Shown here in pieces: positions 45,881 to 55,889 of a DNA stretch of 64,000 nt (the stretch's first letter is position 1; every line of letters begins with the position of its first letter). The stretch spans positions 8,594-72,593 of the forward strand of contig JBAQNU010000004.1 of assembly GCA_049304095.1 (NCBI GenBank). The letters are read 5' to 3'. Source of the stretch: Candidatus Moraniibacteriota bacterium (GTDB taxonomy: Bacteria > Patescibacteriota > Minisyncoccia > Moranbacterales > UBA2206). The translations under genes and the position numbers were made by a program. The notes beneath the pieces were generated by a model. That model made no database searches. It had not been told where the DNA came from and saw only the letters and a program-made list of their open reading frames with translations.

Positions 45881-47293
45881 CTAATTTCTTCTTTTATGGA
45901 ATAACACGCCAATGGTTTTGAGGCAAATAATCACATCCAGCATAAGCGACCAATTCTCAATGTAATAGAGATCCAATTTATACTCATCTTCAAAATCCAA
46001 ATCCGATCGCCCGGAAACCTGCGCCATTCCGGACACGCCGGGTTTGATGGTAAGCAGTCTCCTGTGATAGTCCATATATTTTTCAATTTCTCGCTCTTGA
46101 TGCGGCCGCGGACCGATGAGACTCATCGAACCGAAAAGCACGTTGAACAATTGTGGCAGTTCATCAATAGAATATCTTTCAATGAATGTTCCCACGCGAG
46201 TTTTTCGTGGATCATTTTTAATTTTATAGAGCGGACCGCGACGGACGCTTTGTTTTTCAATCAGTTCATGCTCAAACTGCAAAGCTTCTTTCAGCTTTGG
46301 ATTTTCCTTGGAAATACAAAATTCATTTTTGAAATAGCGGAATTTGTAGACAAAAAATTTCTTTCCATCTGCTCCAATGCGTTCATTTTTATAGATAATC
46401 GGCCCCTCGCTATCCAGCCTCACTGCAATGGCGGTTGCTAGAAGAATGGGTGAAGTCAAAATAATTCCACAAACAGAAAAAAACAAGTCAAAAATTCTTT
46501 TGGCAATCCGGCCCCAGCCGTCTAGTGGCGTATTTTTAATTTCAATCAAAGGCTCGCCGTGAAACACGCCGATCTCAAATTTTGAGGTTTGCAACCCAGT
46601 GGGAATATATTTATAGACCACGTTGTGAATCGCACAATAGTCAATCAATTTTTCCTGTTCATCATCGGTAATAGATGATTCGCACAAAATTATCTCATCA
46701 ATCCCCCGCTCTTCTTTGATTTTCTTGATCACTTTGAGATGCGCCGTGTCAATCTGATCAATTATTTTATAACCCAAGTTTTTATTTCTATCAATTGTGT
46801 GAGCAATAATATCCAACTTGGCATTTTTGCCAATCAGCAGCACCCGATGAACACCAATGCCCCGGTTACGCAAAAACCATTTTTGCACCATCTGCAAGAT
46901 ATATCTGGCAATGACAACATAGGCCACCGCCAAAAACCAGGCGGCGAGAATTATGAAGCGAGAAGAAAACCACTCTCTTTTGAGAAAGATTGCAACAATA
47001 ATAATAACCAGGCCAATGGAAGTTGCACCAAAGACTTTGAGCATTTCTTTCCAAAATTTTCGCGTAACTCGATTATCATAGAGCCCTTCAATCGCATAAA
47101 TAATCAGAAATAACGGGGTAATGCTCAAAACTATTTTGACGTATTGTTGCAAGGGAAAGGAATATAGTTTCGGTTGAAGCGCAACAATACTGGGAACATT
47201 GCGAACCAAAAAAGCCGTGAGGGCCGCAAGCACAATCATTGCAAAATCAACAGGAACTTGCACGGCACTGAATAATAATTCCGATTTTTTCAT
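45881..47293 (-). CDS. undecaprenyl-phosphate sugar phosphotransferase (WbaP/WcaJ-like bacterial sugar transferase)
   Basis: N-terminal TM helices, then a C-terminal catalytic domain containing [21 protein letters not shown]. Confidence 0.9.
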   Translation of the reverse strand: MKKSELLFSAVQVPVDFAMIVLAALTAFLVRNVPSIVALQPKLYSFPLQQYVKIVLSITPLFLIIYAIEGLYDNRVTRKFWKEMLKVFGATSIGLVIIIVAIFLKREWFSSRFIILAAWFLAVAYVVIARYILQMVQKWFLRNRGIGVHRVLLIGKNAKLDIIAHTIDRNKNLGYKIIDQIDTAHLKVIKKIKEERGIDEIILCESSITDDEQEKLIDYCAIHNVVYKYIPTGLQTSKFEIGVFHGEPLIEIKNTPLDGWGRIAKRIFDLFFSVCGIILTSPILLATAIAVRLDSEGPIIYKNERIGADGKKFFVYKFRYFKNEFCISKENPKLKEALQFEHELIEKQSVRRGPLYKIKNDPRKTRVGTFIERYSIDELPQLFNVLFGSMSLIGPRPHQEREIEKYMDYHRRLLTIKPGVSGMAQVSGRSDLDFEDEYKLDLYYIENWSLMLDVIICLKTIGVLFHKRRN

Positions 47294-47316
47294 TAGTTTA
47301 TTTTTAATACTAATAT

Positions 47317-47495
47317 GACTTACACATTTTCTCGAATCAGCCGTATTGGCTAAAAAAATCCTGTTTGAGCATGCCTTTTTTCTTCAAAACTTTCCATTGG
47401 ATGCCGTCGAATGAGGGAAAGTTTTGAAAAGAAAAAAGAGCGTTCGAGTTATTTTTTTAGTCAATATGGTTGTGAGGGGAAATGTGTAACTCCTA
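47317..47495 (-). repeat. MITE-like structured intergenic repeat, copy 5 (inverted orientation)
   Basis: Reverse complement of the consensus. Lies 16 nt from the 3' end of rnpB. Confidence 0.9.
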
Positions 47496-47510
47496 GCTAA
47501 ATCAAACATT

Positions 47511-47862
47511 GATCAAAGCAAATCTATAAGCCGGATTCTGTTGAAAATAGTAATTTATCTAGCGCCGACGTTACCGTCGGAGTCAAGCGGCACTTCCTGT
47601 ATTTAGCTAAAAACACAGGACACGACCTTGCATTCAGATAAGGATTTAGCCGTTTCACCCCCAAGGTTACCCTTGGGATTCACCCCAACGTAACGCCGGG
47701 GTGCTCTTTTCATTGCTGAAAAAAGCGTCTCTGCTCGCACCTCGCGGATCACTCCGTATGGGTATTACCCATTACCTTTCCCCCGACGTGACGTCGGGGA
47801 TGAATGTCCGGACTTTCCTCCCCGACGAATCGTCGGGGCTACTATTCAATTTGCTTTGATAA
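47511..47862 (-). ncRNA. rnpB: RNase P RNA, bacterial type A
   Basis: Minus strand carries the P4 strands GGAGGAAAGUCCGGAC (CR-I) and ACAGAAUCCGGCUUAUAG. P1 pairs AUCAAAGCAAAUU with AGAUUUGCUUUGAU. P3 hairpin CCCCGACGAUUCGUCGGGG. A GGGGUGAAACGG CR-II-like motif is present. Confidence 0.8.
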
Positions 47863-47926
47863 ATGGCCAATTTAAGCCAATATTTATCAAAATGCACCAC
47901 TGCATCCTTATTTAATCCTAGCACAT

Positions 47927-50536
47927 TTAGAGCAAATTATCAAGTAGCTCTGTTTGAATTTTCAACTTATCACTATATTCGACTAGCTTTACCTTATTAT
48001 TTGCAATGATTTCCTTTGGAGCACTTTTAACAAACTTCTTATTTCTAAGCAGTGTTTCGGTTTTTGCGATCAAATTTTTCAAATTTTCTATTTCTTTTTC
48101 CAGTCTCGCCTTTTCTTTTTCCACATCAACGAAGTCTGAGATTGCCAAAGTCAGCTTGATATTTTTTCCAGCAATCACAATACCTCTGGATTCGATTTTT
48201 GAGACTATATCAATTTTTATCCGCGCTAATTTTTCCAACACTTCTTTGTTTTCTATTTTTTTAGCGTAGACTTGGATTGTTTTTCCTGGATCAATGCGAT
48301 AGCTTGTGCGGATATTTCTAATCTTAGTTACTATTTGTTGGAAGTGTGCGAAATCCACTTGGGATTTTTTATCCAAAAGCTTCTTGTCCGCCACTGGCCA
48401 TTTTTCAACCATCAAAATACGCTTACTATTATACATATCTTGCCAAATTTTTTCTGTCACAAATGGCGCGAATGGGTGGGATAATTTCAAAATTTTATCA
48501 AGAACGTAGCCAAGCACTTTCGAATTCTTTTCGATTTTATTTATCTCAAGATACCAATCGGCAAAATCATTCCAAATAAATTTCTCGAGTGTCTCGCCTG
48601 CCAATGAAAATTTATATTCATTGAGGTTTTTGGTGATTTCTTCAATGGCTTTTCCAAGTTGAGTGACAATCCATTTGTCCGAAAGTGATTTCAAGTCTTT
48701 TTTACCAATGCTTTCAATCAAAGAAAATTTGCTGTCCGCGTGATCGCAGTAGCGATAAATGTTCCAGAGTTTAGTGACAAAATTTCGGTAACTGGAAATT
48801 TTTTCTTCGGAAAGTCGCATATCATTTCCCGGTGTTGAACCGATGAGAAGTGACAGTCGCACAGCGTCAGTGCCAAATTTTTCAATCATATCCACAGGAT
48901 TAATGCCATTACCTTTCGACTTGGACATTTTTTTGCCAAATTGATCCAGGACCATTCCGTGTAAATAGACATTTTCAAAAGGAATCTCATTCATCGCAAA
49001 CAGCGACATCATAATCATCCGCGAAACCCATAGCGTCAAAATTTCATAACCAGTTTCCAAAACTTGCGTTGGATGAAATTTGGCCAAATCCCCTGTCTTT
49101 TTTTCATTCTTAATATTTGTTGGCCAGCCTAGCGTTGAAAATGACCACATTCCCGAAGAAAACCAGGTATCAAAAGTGTCTGGGTCTTTTGTCCAGCCCT
49201 TGCCTTTTGGCGCTTTTTCGCCGACGAATATTTCTTTTTTATCACCTTCTCCTTTATACCAAACAGGAAATTCATGCCCAAACCAAATTTGACGAGAGAT
49301 ACACCAATCATGCAACTTAGTCATCCAATCAATGTAGCGTTTCGTGAAGCGAAAAGGGTGAAATTTAATTTTGCCATTCTTCGCCACTTCGAGTGCTTTT
49401 TCTTTAAGTGATTTTCCACCAAAACGTTTCAGTTTTTTGTCCACCGCCAAAAACCATTGTTCAGAAGGAATTGGTTCGATTGTAGTTCCGCAACGATAAC
49501 ATGTTGCCAGATTATGTTTATAGCCCTCCTCGACATGATCAATAAGCCCCATCTTTTCCATATCCGCTACAATTGCCTTTCTCGCTTCTGTCGTCGTCAT
49601 GCCAGCATATTTTCCGCAATTAGCCATCATTTTTCCGTCCTCATTGATAATTTGTTTCATGGCGATGTTGTGACGCTGGGAAATTGCATAGTCCGTAAAA
49701 TCATGCGCCGGAGTAACCTTAATTGCTCCGCTACCAAATTTAGGATCCACTTCTTTATCCGCCACAACAACAATTTCAAATTCTCCCAACACTCCGGGAA
49801 TCATAAATTTCTTACCCACCATTTTCGCATAACGCTTGTCGCCAGGATAGACTGCCACAGCCGTGTCACCAAGTTTCGTTTCCGGTCGCGAAGTCGCCAA
49901 AACAAACGGACCGTATTTAATCCAATACAATTTTCCAATTTCTTCCTTATACTCCACTTCGTCATCCGCCAAAGTGGATTTGCAACGCGGACACCAATTC
50001 ACAATTCTTTTTCCGCGATAAACCAACCCTTCGGCGTGCATATCCAAAAACATTTTCGTCACCGCCTTTTGCCTCTGGGCGTCTAACGTGAAAGCTTCAC
50101 GTGACCAATCAAAAGAGCCTCCCATTTTGCGCGCTTGTTTCAAGATCGTCGCCTGAGTCACTCGCAAAAATTTCCACACTTCTTCCAAAAATTTTTCCCG
50201 ACCCAAATCATGGCGAGTCAGTCCTTGTTCTTTGAGTAGCTTTTTCTCTACCACGTTTTGCGTGGCAATTGAAGCATGATCAGTTCCAGGAAGGTAGAGC
50301 GCCCGATATCCTTTCATGCGATGAAAGCGAATAAGCAAATCTTCAATGGCAATAATCGAAGCGTGCCCAAGATGCAGTTTGTCCGTAATATTCGGTGGCG
50401 GAAGAATAATCGTGTATGGTTTGGCATTTTTCGGCAACTTCAAATTATCCGGATTAAATTTTCCGCTCTTTTCCCAAAGCGCATAAATCTTGTCTTCATA
50501 TTTTTGGGGTTCGTAGGTTTTTGGGATTTCTTTCAT
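47927..50536 (-). CDS. valS: valyl-tRNA synthetase
   Basis: HLGHASIIAIEDLLIRFHRMKGY (HIGH), KMSKSKGN, 869 aa, plus a C-terminal coiled coil. Confidence 0.95.
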   Translation of the reverse strand: MKEIPKTYEPQKYEDKIYALWEKSGKFNPDNLKLPKNAKPYTIILPPPNITDKLHLGHASIIAIEDLLIRFHRMKGYRALYLPGTDHASIATQNVVEKKLLKEQGLTRHDLGREKFLEEVWKFLRVTQATILKQARKMGGSFDWSREAFTLDAQRQKAVTKMFLDMHAEGLVYRGKRIVNWCPRCKSTLADDEVEYKEEIGKLYWIKYGPFVLATSRPETKLGDTAVAVYPGDKRYAKMVGKKFMIPGVLGEFEIVVVADKEVDPKFGSGAIKVTPAHDFTDYAISQRHNIAMKQIINEDGKMMANCGKYAGMTTTEARKAIVADMEKMGLIDHVEEGYKHNLATCYRCGTTIEPIPSEQWFLAVDKKLKRFGGKSLKEKALEVAKNGKIKFHPFRFTKRYIDWMTKLHDWCISRQIWFGHEFPVWYKGEGDKKEIFVGEKAPKGKGWTKDPDTFDTWFSSGMWSFSTLGWPTNIKNEKKTGDLAKFHPTQVLETGYEILTLWVSRMIMMSLFAMNEIPFENVYLHGMVLDQFGKKMSKSKGNGINPVDMIEKFGTDAVRLSLLIGSTPGNDMRLSEEKISSYRNFVTKLWNIYRYCDHADSKFSLIESIGKKDLKSLSDKWIVTQLGKAIEEITKNLNEYKFSLAGETLEKFIWNDFADWYLEINKIEKNSKVLGYVLDKILKLSHPFAPFVTEKIWQDMYNSKRILMVEKWPVADKKLLDKKSQVDFAHFQQIVTKIRNIRTSYRIDPGKTIQVYAKKIENKEVLEKLARIKIDIVSKIESRGIVIAGKNIKLTLAISDFVDVEKEKARLEKEIENLKNLIAKTETLLRNKKFVKSAPKEIIANNKVKLVEYSDKLKIQTELLDNLL

Positions 50537-50569
50537 TTGTATATATTAAAAAGGTTTTTTATAGATTCT

Positions 50570-50598
50570 GGAGCGTGCTTTGATTCGAAGCACGCTCC
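50570..50598. terminator. GC-rich hairpin (11-bp stem) downstream of the zinc-ribbon gene / upstream of valS
   Basis: ggagcgtgctt-tgattcg-aagcacgctcc. Confidence 0.4.
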
Positions 50599-50607
50599 AT
50601 GATAAAC

Positions 50608-50853
50608 CTAAACGGTAAATGGCTGCGCTATTGTTTTGAAAAAAGCTCTCTCTCCTTCCGTAGAGACATTTTTTGCCAAAAGATACAGCCGTCCACAATT
50701 TTGGCAAGTTGGAGAAGAATAATAAATTCTCCCTTGATAATAACTGCTCACTTTCTTGGTGACTTTTCCTCCGCAGTCATGACAAATATTGTCAAGAAGT
50801 GGGGTATGTTTGGCAACATATCCATCCAAACAATCCTTCATGCAATTAAACAT
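50608..50853 (-). CDS. small zinc-ribbon protein (CxxC...CxxC)
   Basis: CHDCGG ... CQNCG, 81 aa. Confidence 0.4.
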   Translation of the reverse strand: MFNCMKDCLDGYVAKHTPLLDNICHDCGGKVTKKVSSYYQGRIYYSSPTCQNCGRLYLLAKNVSTEGERAFFKTIAQPFTV

Positions 50854-50879
50854 TACGCACCTCCTTTTGGTTTGAATTC

Positions 50880-53237
50880 TTATTTCCTAACTTCAACTTT
50901 CAATTCCTTTTCTAACTTCAAAACTATCTTTTCCATCACCGCATCAATTTCGACGCTTTCCAGTGTTCGGTCTTTCGCACTCATTTCAATTCTAATCGCC
51001 ATACTATTTTTTGCTTCGAAACGATCAAATAGTAAAACATTATTCACCAATTCTCCACCATTTTTTTTGACCAATACTTCAATTTCTGAATATTTCACAA
51101 CATTAGGAACAATCATAGAAATATCGCGCGAAACAACTGGGAACTTATTGATTGGCTTGTATTCTAGGATATTTCTAGCAACATCTCGCAGTGTTTCCAG
51201 ATTTATTTCTGCTACCACCAAGCGCTTGGAAATTTTATAACTTGCGAGCACGGATTGATTGACTTCGCCAATAAAGCCGACGACTTTTTCACCTGCAATA
51301 ATTTTAGCCGCTCTTCCTTGATTCATAATCGTTCCAGGTTTTTCGATTTCCAAAAATTCCACACTTTTAATATTAAACGCTTCAAGCAAATCCTCCATTG
51401 CGCCTTTCAAGTTATAAAATGTTTCTGAATTACCATCACGCCCCAAGACTTTTGCCAAAATCAAATTGTGTTCTTCGACTGGTTCATTATTTTTCAATGT
51501 GTAACATTTTCCGATTTCAAAAATACTAACTTCCGAAAAATTCTTGAGATTCTCTCGGACATTTTTTAAAATATTTGGCACCATATAGGCTCGCACAAAT
51601 TCTTGTTCGGGATTCATCGGATTAGCCAGTTGCAAATGATCACTCGCAGAAAGACCGGTTTTTTTCAGATCATCCGCACCATAGAAAGAATAATTATAGA
51701 CCTCATCGAAGCCAAGACCAGTGAGCACATCCTGCATTCTTCTTTCAAAGAAAACCTGCTCATTCAGTTTTGCTGGCAAAACTTCCGCGAGCATTGGCCT
51801 TGGAGCAATTTTTTCATAACCCCAAATGCGTCCGATATCTTCAATCAAATCTTCCTGCGTTCGCAAGTCTAGGCGGTAGGTTGGAATTTGGCACTCAATT
51901 AATTTGGCTTTCTTTGTCCTGATGCCTAACAAATTCAATATATTCAGCAATTCTTTCTCCGGCACTTTCTCGCCCAAAAGCTGATTAACATATGCTAAAT
52001 CTAATTTTACTGTCCAAGGACTAATTTTTTTGGGATAAATATCAACGATTCCCTCTACTTTTCCGTCAGCAATATGTTCCAAGATTTCAATCACCCGAAC
52101 CATCGCCTTTTCAGTCAGATTTGGATCAAGATCTTTTTCAAAGCGATAGGATGAATCCGTATTGAGTCCCAATGCCGTTCTTGTCCTTCGAATATTCACC
52201 GCATCAAAACTGGCCGCCTCAAGCACAATCGTTTTGGTATTTTCGTTTATCCCAGAATCCTTTCCACCCATAATCCCAGCCAGTACTAGTGGCGTTTTTC
52301 CGTTTGTAATGAGTAGGTTGTTTTCTGACAGCTTAATTTCAGTATCATCCAAAAGTGTCATCTTCTCATCTTTTACGGCCCCACGAACCACTATCTGACA
52401 TTTCTTATTAGCATCTTGAATTAAATCACAATCAAAAGCGTGCAATGGTTGCCCGAGTTCCAGCATCACATAATTCGTTGCGTCAACAACATTATTAATT
52501 GGTCGCAATCCGCAAATTTCTAGTCGCTCTTTCAGCCATTTTGGCGACTCTTTGATTGTAATATTTTCCATCACCGTTCCAATATATCTTTTGCATAAAT
52601 CATTATCTTTGATTTCCACTTTTAGTTTCTGGCTTTTTTTAGTAGGCAAAACTAATTCGTCAAAAGCATAATCATATTTTCTTTTTTCCAAAATAGACAA
52701 TTCTCTCGCTACTCCCACATGACTCAAAATATCATGCGCACGATCAGGTAAAACTTTAATTTCCAATGTAATATCATCATTTCCGCCCAGATATTTTTCC
52801 ACTGACTCGCCAACCTTCGCTTTCTTATCCAAAATCAAGATTCCCGCATGATCACTGCCAAGACCCAATTCATCTTGGGCGCATAACATTCCAAAAGATT
52901 TCACTCCGCGAATTTCTGCTTCTTTAATCTCAAAATTTCCAGGAAGAATTGTACCGATTGTCGCCACGGGTACTTTTTGACCGACGGCGATATTTGATGC
53001 ACCACAGACGATCTGCAATTCTTTTTTGTCAATATCAACACAAGCGATCTGCAATTTATCTGCGTTCGGATGTTTTGTGATTTCTAAAATTTCACCAGCA
53101 ACTACGCCGTCAAAATTGGAATTATTTTTCTCCAATCCTTCAATCTCAAACGAATGCATTGTCAAAAGCTCCGCCGCTTTTTCGGGAGATAATTTTGTTC
53201 CGCTTAATTCTTTCAACCAATTATAGCTGTACTTCAT
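50880..53237 (-). CDS. pheT: phenylalanyl-tRNA synthetase beta subunit
   Basis: MKYSYNWLKE N-terminus, B3/4 and B5 domains, 785 aa. Confidence 0.95.
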   Translation of the reverse strand: MKYSYNWLKELSGTKLSPEKAAELLTMHSFEIEGLEKNNSNFDGVVAGEILEITKHPNADKLQIACVDIDKKELQIVCGASNIAVGQKVPVATIGTILPGNFEIKEAEIRGVKSFGMLCAQDELGLGSDHAGILILDKKAKVGESVEKYLGGNDDITLEIKVLPDRAHDILSHVGVARELSILEKRKYDYAFDELVLPTKKSQKLKVEIKDNDLCKRYIGTVMENITIKESPKWLKERLEICGLRPINNVVDATNYVMLELGQPLHAFDCDLIQDANKKCQIVVRGAVKDEKMTLLDDTEIKLSENNLLITNGKTPLVLAGIMGGKDSGINENTKTIVLEAASFDAVNIRRTRTALGLNTDSSYRFEKDLDPNLTEKAMVRVIEILEHIADGKVEGIVDIYPKKISPWTVKLDLAYVNQLLGEKVPEKELLNILNLLGIRTKKAKLIECQIPTYRLDLRTQEDLIEDIGRIWGYEKIAPRPMLAEVLPAKLNEQVFFERRMQDVLTGLGFDEVYNYSFYGADDLKKTGLSASDHLQLANPMNPEQEFVRAYMVPNILKNVRENLKNFSEVSIFEIGKCYTLKNNEPVEEHNLILAKVLGRDGNSETFYNLKGAMEDLLEAFNIKSVEFLEIEKPGTIMNQGRAAKIIAGEKVVGFIGEVNQSVLASYKISKRLVVAEINLETLRDVARNILEYKPINKFPVVSRDISMIVPNVVKYSEIEVLVKKNGGELVNNVLLFDRFEAKNSMAIRIEMSAKDRTLESVEIDAVMEKIVLKLEKELKVEVRK

Positions 53238-53961
53238 TTTGATTTTGAGTTAATTGTTGTTCTTTGAAAAACTTTAAGTATTTCACAAGCAAAACTGCTG
53301 AGATAATTAAATATAAAATATCACTTCCGATGTATGCATAAAGTCCTTTTTTGTCTGCTTGAGCAAAAAACTGAAAAAAAACAAATAAGAAGGTTATTGA
53401 AAAATACACAATTGGAATATTATATAATTTTCTAGATAAATTAAAAACTGGTACAAGCAAGATACTAATTGCTAAAATAATCCATGGCAAAGTAAGTATG
53501 CTCACCATAGGGCCACCAGACTCGCCAAAAGTACCATAAATAAGCATGTACAATATTCTCGCAAAAATAATAATATTCACGATAAAATAGCCATAAATAA
53601 CAAAGATGCTACTGGAGATTTTTTTTACTTCCCTATCCTTAAGAATAATATTATCAGCTACATTTGAGTTGTCTTTAGTGCTATTTTCAATAATTTTTGC
53701 TGTTTTTTTGAGTGTATAAAAAAAATAAAATAAGGAAATTATTACTGAGAATGGAATAAATAGTACAATAGAAAATCCTTGCAAAATATAGTCACCGAAA
53801 AACAAAGGACAAACTGAAAGAATGAGACCAATGCCTAAAACAACAAACGGTGCCGTATTTATCATCCGCTCATTTTTGTTGGCATAAAAAATTCCAGATA
53901 GTATCGACAAAATAATTGCGATAGAAACAGGGTTGCAAAACACTAAAATATTACTATCCAT
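53221..53961 (-). CDS. polytopic membrane protein inserted between pheS and pheT
   Basis: 246 aa with 7 to 8 TM helices. Overlaps the pheT start by 17 nt. Confidence 0.5.
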   Translation of the reverse strand: MDSNILVFCNPVSIAIILSILSGIFYANKNERMINTAPFVVLGIGLILSVCPLFFGDYILQGFSIVLFIPFSVIISLFYFFYTLKKTAKIIENSTKDNSNVADNIILKDREVKKISSSIFVIYGYFIVNIIIFARILYMLIYGTFGESGGPMVSILTLPWIILAISILLVPVFNLSRKLYNIPIVYFSITFLFVFFQFFAQADKKGLYAYIGSDILYLIISAVLLVKYLKFFKEQQLTQNQNEVQL

Positions 53962-53981
53962 TTTTTAAATAATTAAACTAA

Positions 53982-55013
53982 TTAAAATTGCCTAATAAAC
54001 CTCAAATCCCCGCCGTGGAAAAGCCTACAATCATCAATCTTATATTTCATCATCGCGAGGCGTTCGAGGCCAAAGCCCCAAGCAAAGCCGGTGTATTGAT
54101 TGCGCCTGTATCCGACTGCTTCAAAAACATTTTGATTAACCATCCCCGCTCCACCCAGCTCTAGCCATTTATTGTATTTGCAAGCTCGGCAACCTTTTCC
54201 ACCACAAACAGTGCAAGAAATATCAAATTCAAAACTAGGCTCAGTGAAAGGAAAATAGCTTGGTCGCAAACGCACTTTGATTTCGCGTCCAAAAAACTGC
54301 GAGAAAAAATCTTCCGCTACTTGCTTTAGATGTCCAACATTGATGTTTTCTCCAACTACCAATGCTTCAAATTGATAGAAAGTATGATCATGAGTCGTGT
54401 CGGTTGCTTCACGGCGAAAACATTTTCCCGGCACAATAATCCGCAAGGGTGGTTTGTGTTTTTCCATATACTTCGCTTGCACAGCCGAAGTCTGAGAACG
54501 CATTGCCAAGCTTTCTTTGTTTTTTTTATTTTTCAACCAAAACGTATCTTGCAAATCACGCGCGGGATGATCAGCAGGCATGTTGAGTGCATCAAAGTTG
54601 TAGAACTCGGTTTCGATTTCCGGTCCGTCCGCAATTTCAAATCCCATGCCCGTGAAAATATCTTCGATATCTCTTCGCACAATTGAAATTGGATTGAGGT
54701 GACCGACACTTCGTCTTTTGCCTGGAATCGTCACATCAATTTTTTCCTTTTCCGCGTTTGGCCCGGTCTTTGACAAATCGGCTTTTTTTCCGTTGATAAT
54801 GTCGAGAATTTCTAGCTTAGTTTTATTAGCCAACTCGCCAATTTGCTTTCTCTCCTCTGGCGCCAAATTTTTCAAATTCTTGAGAAATCCGACAAATTCG
54901 CTTTTCCTTCCTAGATACTTTTTTTCCAACTCAAAAAGCGCGTCACTATTTTTGACTTTCTCAATTTCTTCCAAAACTTGCTTTTTCACCTCTTCAATTT
55001 TCGCTTTTAGCAT
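53982..55013 (-). CDS. pheS: phenylalanyl-tRNA synthetase alpha subunit
   Basis: Class II motifs FRREATDTTHDHTFYQFE, GLERLAMMKY and FPFTEPSFEFDI. Confidence 0.95.
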   Translation of the reverse strand: MLKAKIEEVKKQVLEEIEKVKNSDALFELEKKYLGRKSEFVGFLKNLKNLAPEERKQIGELANKTKLEILDIINGKKADLSKTGPNAEKEKIDVTIPGKRRSVGHLNPISIVRRDIEDIFTGMGFEIADGPEIETEFYNFDALNMPADHPARDLQDTFWLKNKKNKESLAMRSQTSAVQAKYMEKHKPPLRIIVPGKCFRREATDTTHDHTFYQFEALVVGENINVGHLKQVAEDFFSQFFGREIKVRLRPSYFPFTEPSFEFDISCTVCGGKGCRACKYNKWLELGGAGMVNQNVFEAVGYRRNQYTGFAWGFGLERLAMMKYKIDDCRLFHGGDLRFIRQF

Positions 55014-55035
55014 ACTATTATTCTAGCCTCAAAGG

Positions 55036-55078
55036 TTAAAAAAGTCAAAAAATAAGGGCACCTGATGATTTGGTGCCC
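55036..55078 (-). terminator. intrinsic terminator
   Basis: Minus strand reads gggcacc-aaatcatca-ggtgccc followed by uuauuuuuugacuuuuuu. Confidence 0.6.
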
Positions 55079-55095
55079 GTTCTGACTTCGCAGAG

Positions 55096-55302
55096 TTAAA
55101 ATTCTTCATGAAGAAGATCATCTTTTGGCGGCAACCAAAAAAGAATCCTAGTCGCCACGACCAACAGACAACTCCTCATTTCTGCGCCTGAAAACTGAGC
55201 CCAGAATACAAGATAAATAATTACTCCGTAGCAAATGTAAGTTCGTTCATTTAGTAGAAAATTTGCCAATACGGGCTTCCAGAAATCAGCTGTTATCGTC
55301 AT
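55096..55302 (-). CDS. small membrane protein
   Basis: 68 aa and hydrophobic. Overlaps the upstream small ORF by 17 nt. Confidence 0.3.
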   Translation of the reverse strand: MTITADFWKPVLANFLLNERTYICYGVIIYLVFWAQFSGAEMRSCLLVVATRILFWLPPKDDLLHEEF

Positions 55303-55483
55303 AGTCCTTCCCCTTTATTTTTGAAGGATAAATTCTAACAACCATCCAAATTACCAGCAGTGCAAAAATGCCGCTGATCATCTCGCCCCAGAAAAAATAC
55401 AAGGCAACAGCAAGCACAATGCCGAATAAAAAAATACTGCTTCTTTTATAGAAAACGATGTTGCGCCAAATTTTTTTTGCCAA
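55286..55483 (-). CDS. small 2-TM membrane protein
   Basis: 65 aa. Two hydrophobic helices with a charged tail. Confidence 0.3.
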   Translation of the reverse strand: MAKKIWRNIVFYKRSSIFLFGIVLAVALYFFWGEMISGIFALLVIWMVVRIYPSKIKGKDYDDNS

Positions 55484-55566
55484 CTTTTAACTCCTTTCCC
55501 TTAAATTAAAGAACGAAAGCCATTTCTACAAAATGCATAAAATAGCAAAAATATCTCCAAGCTTTC

Positions 55567-55842
55567 CTATACTCCCATTTTTTCTTTGGCCAATCTGTAT
55601 TGTTCTTCCGAAATCTGTCCACTCTTTCGCATCATTTCCATCGCGCCGAGAAGTTTATCTTTATTTTCCGGTTTCATCACCTCTTGCAACATCTTGGCTT
55701 TTTCCTGCGGACTCATCCGCTCCATCTTTTTCATCGCCAGACGTTGCAGCATATTCATCTTTGGAGAATTATCTGCTTTCACAGCATTATTAGCTTGAGT
55801 TGCATTTGATTTTTGATTGTTATTTTTGAATGGATTCCACAT
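55567..55842 (-). CDS. hypothetical small hydrophilic protein
   Basis: 91 aa, K/E/M-rich. Lies downstream of secF. Confidence 0.35.
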   Translation of the reverse strand: MWNPFKNNNQKSNATQANNAVKADNSPKMNMLQRLAMKKMERMSPQEKAKMLQEVMKPENKDKLLGAMEMMRKSGQISEEQYRLAKEKMGV

Positions 55843-55889
55843 AGTAAATGAAAAATGTAAAAATCAAAATGAAAAATTATTTTGAAATT

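Noticed and set aside
14944-47495. Possibility that the five repeats are a CRISPR array
   Set aside because: Copies are 165-180 bp, dispersed 2-17 kb apart, one is inverted, and there are no short regularly spaced spacers.
49457-50086. 209-aa plus-strand ORF
   Set aside because: Antisense within valS, with a low-complexity His/Arg-rich translation.
50599-51240. 213-aa plus-strand ORF
   Set aside because: Antisense to the zinc-ribbon gene and pheT, with no domain signal.
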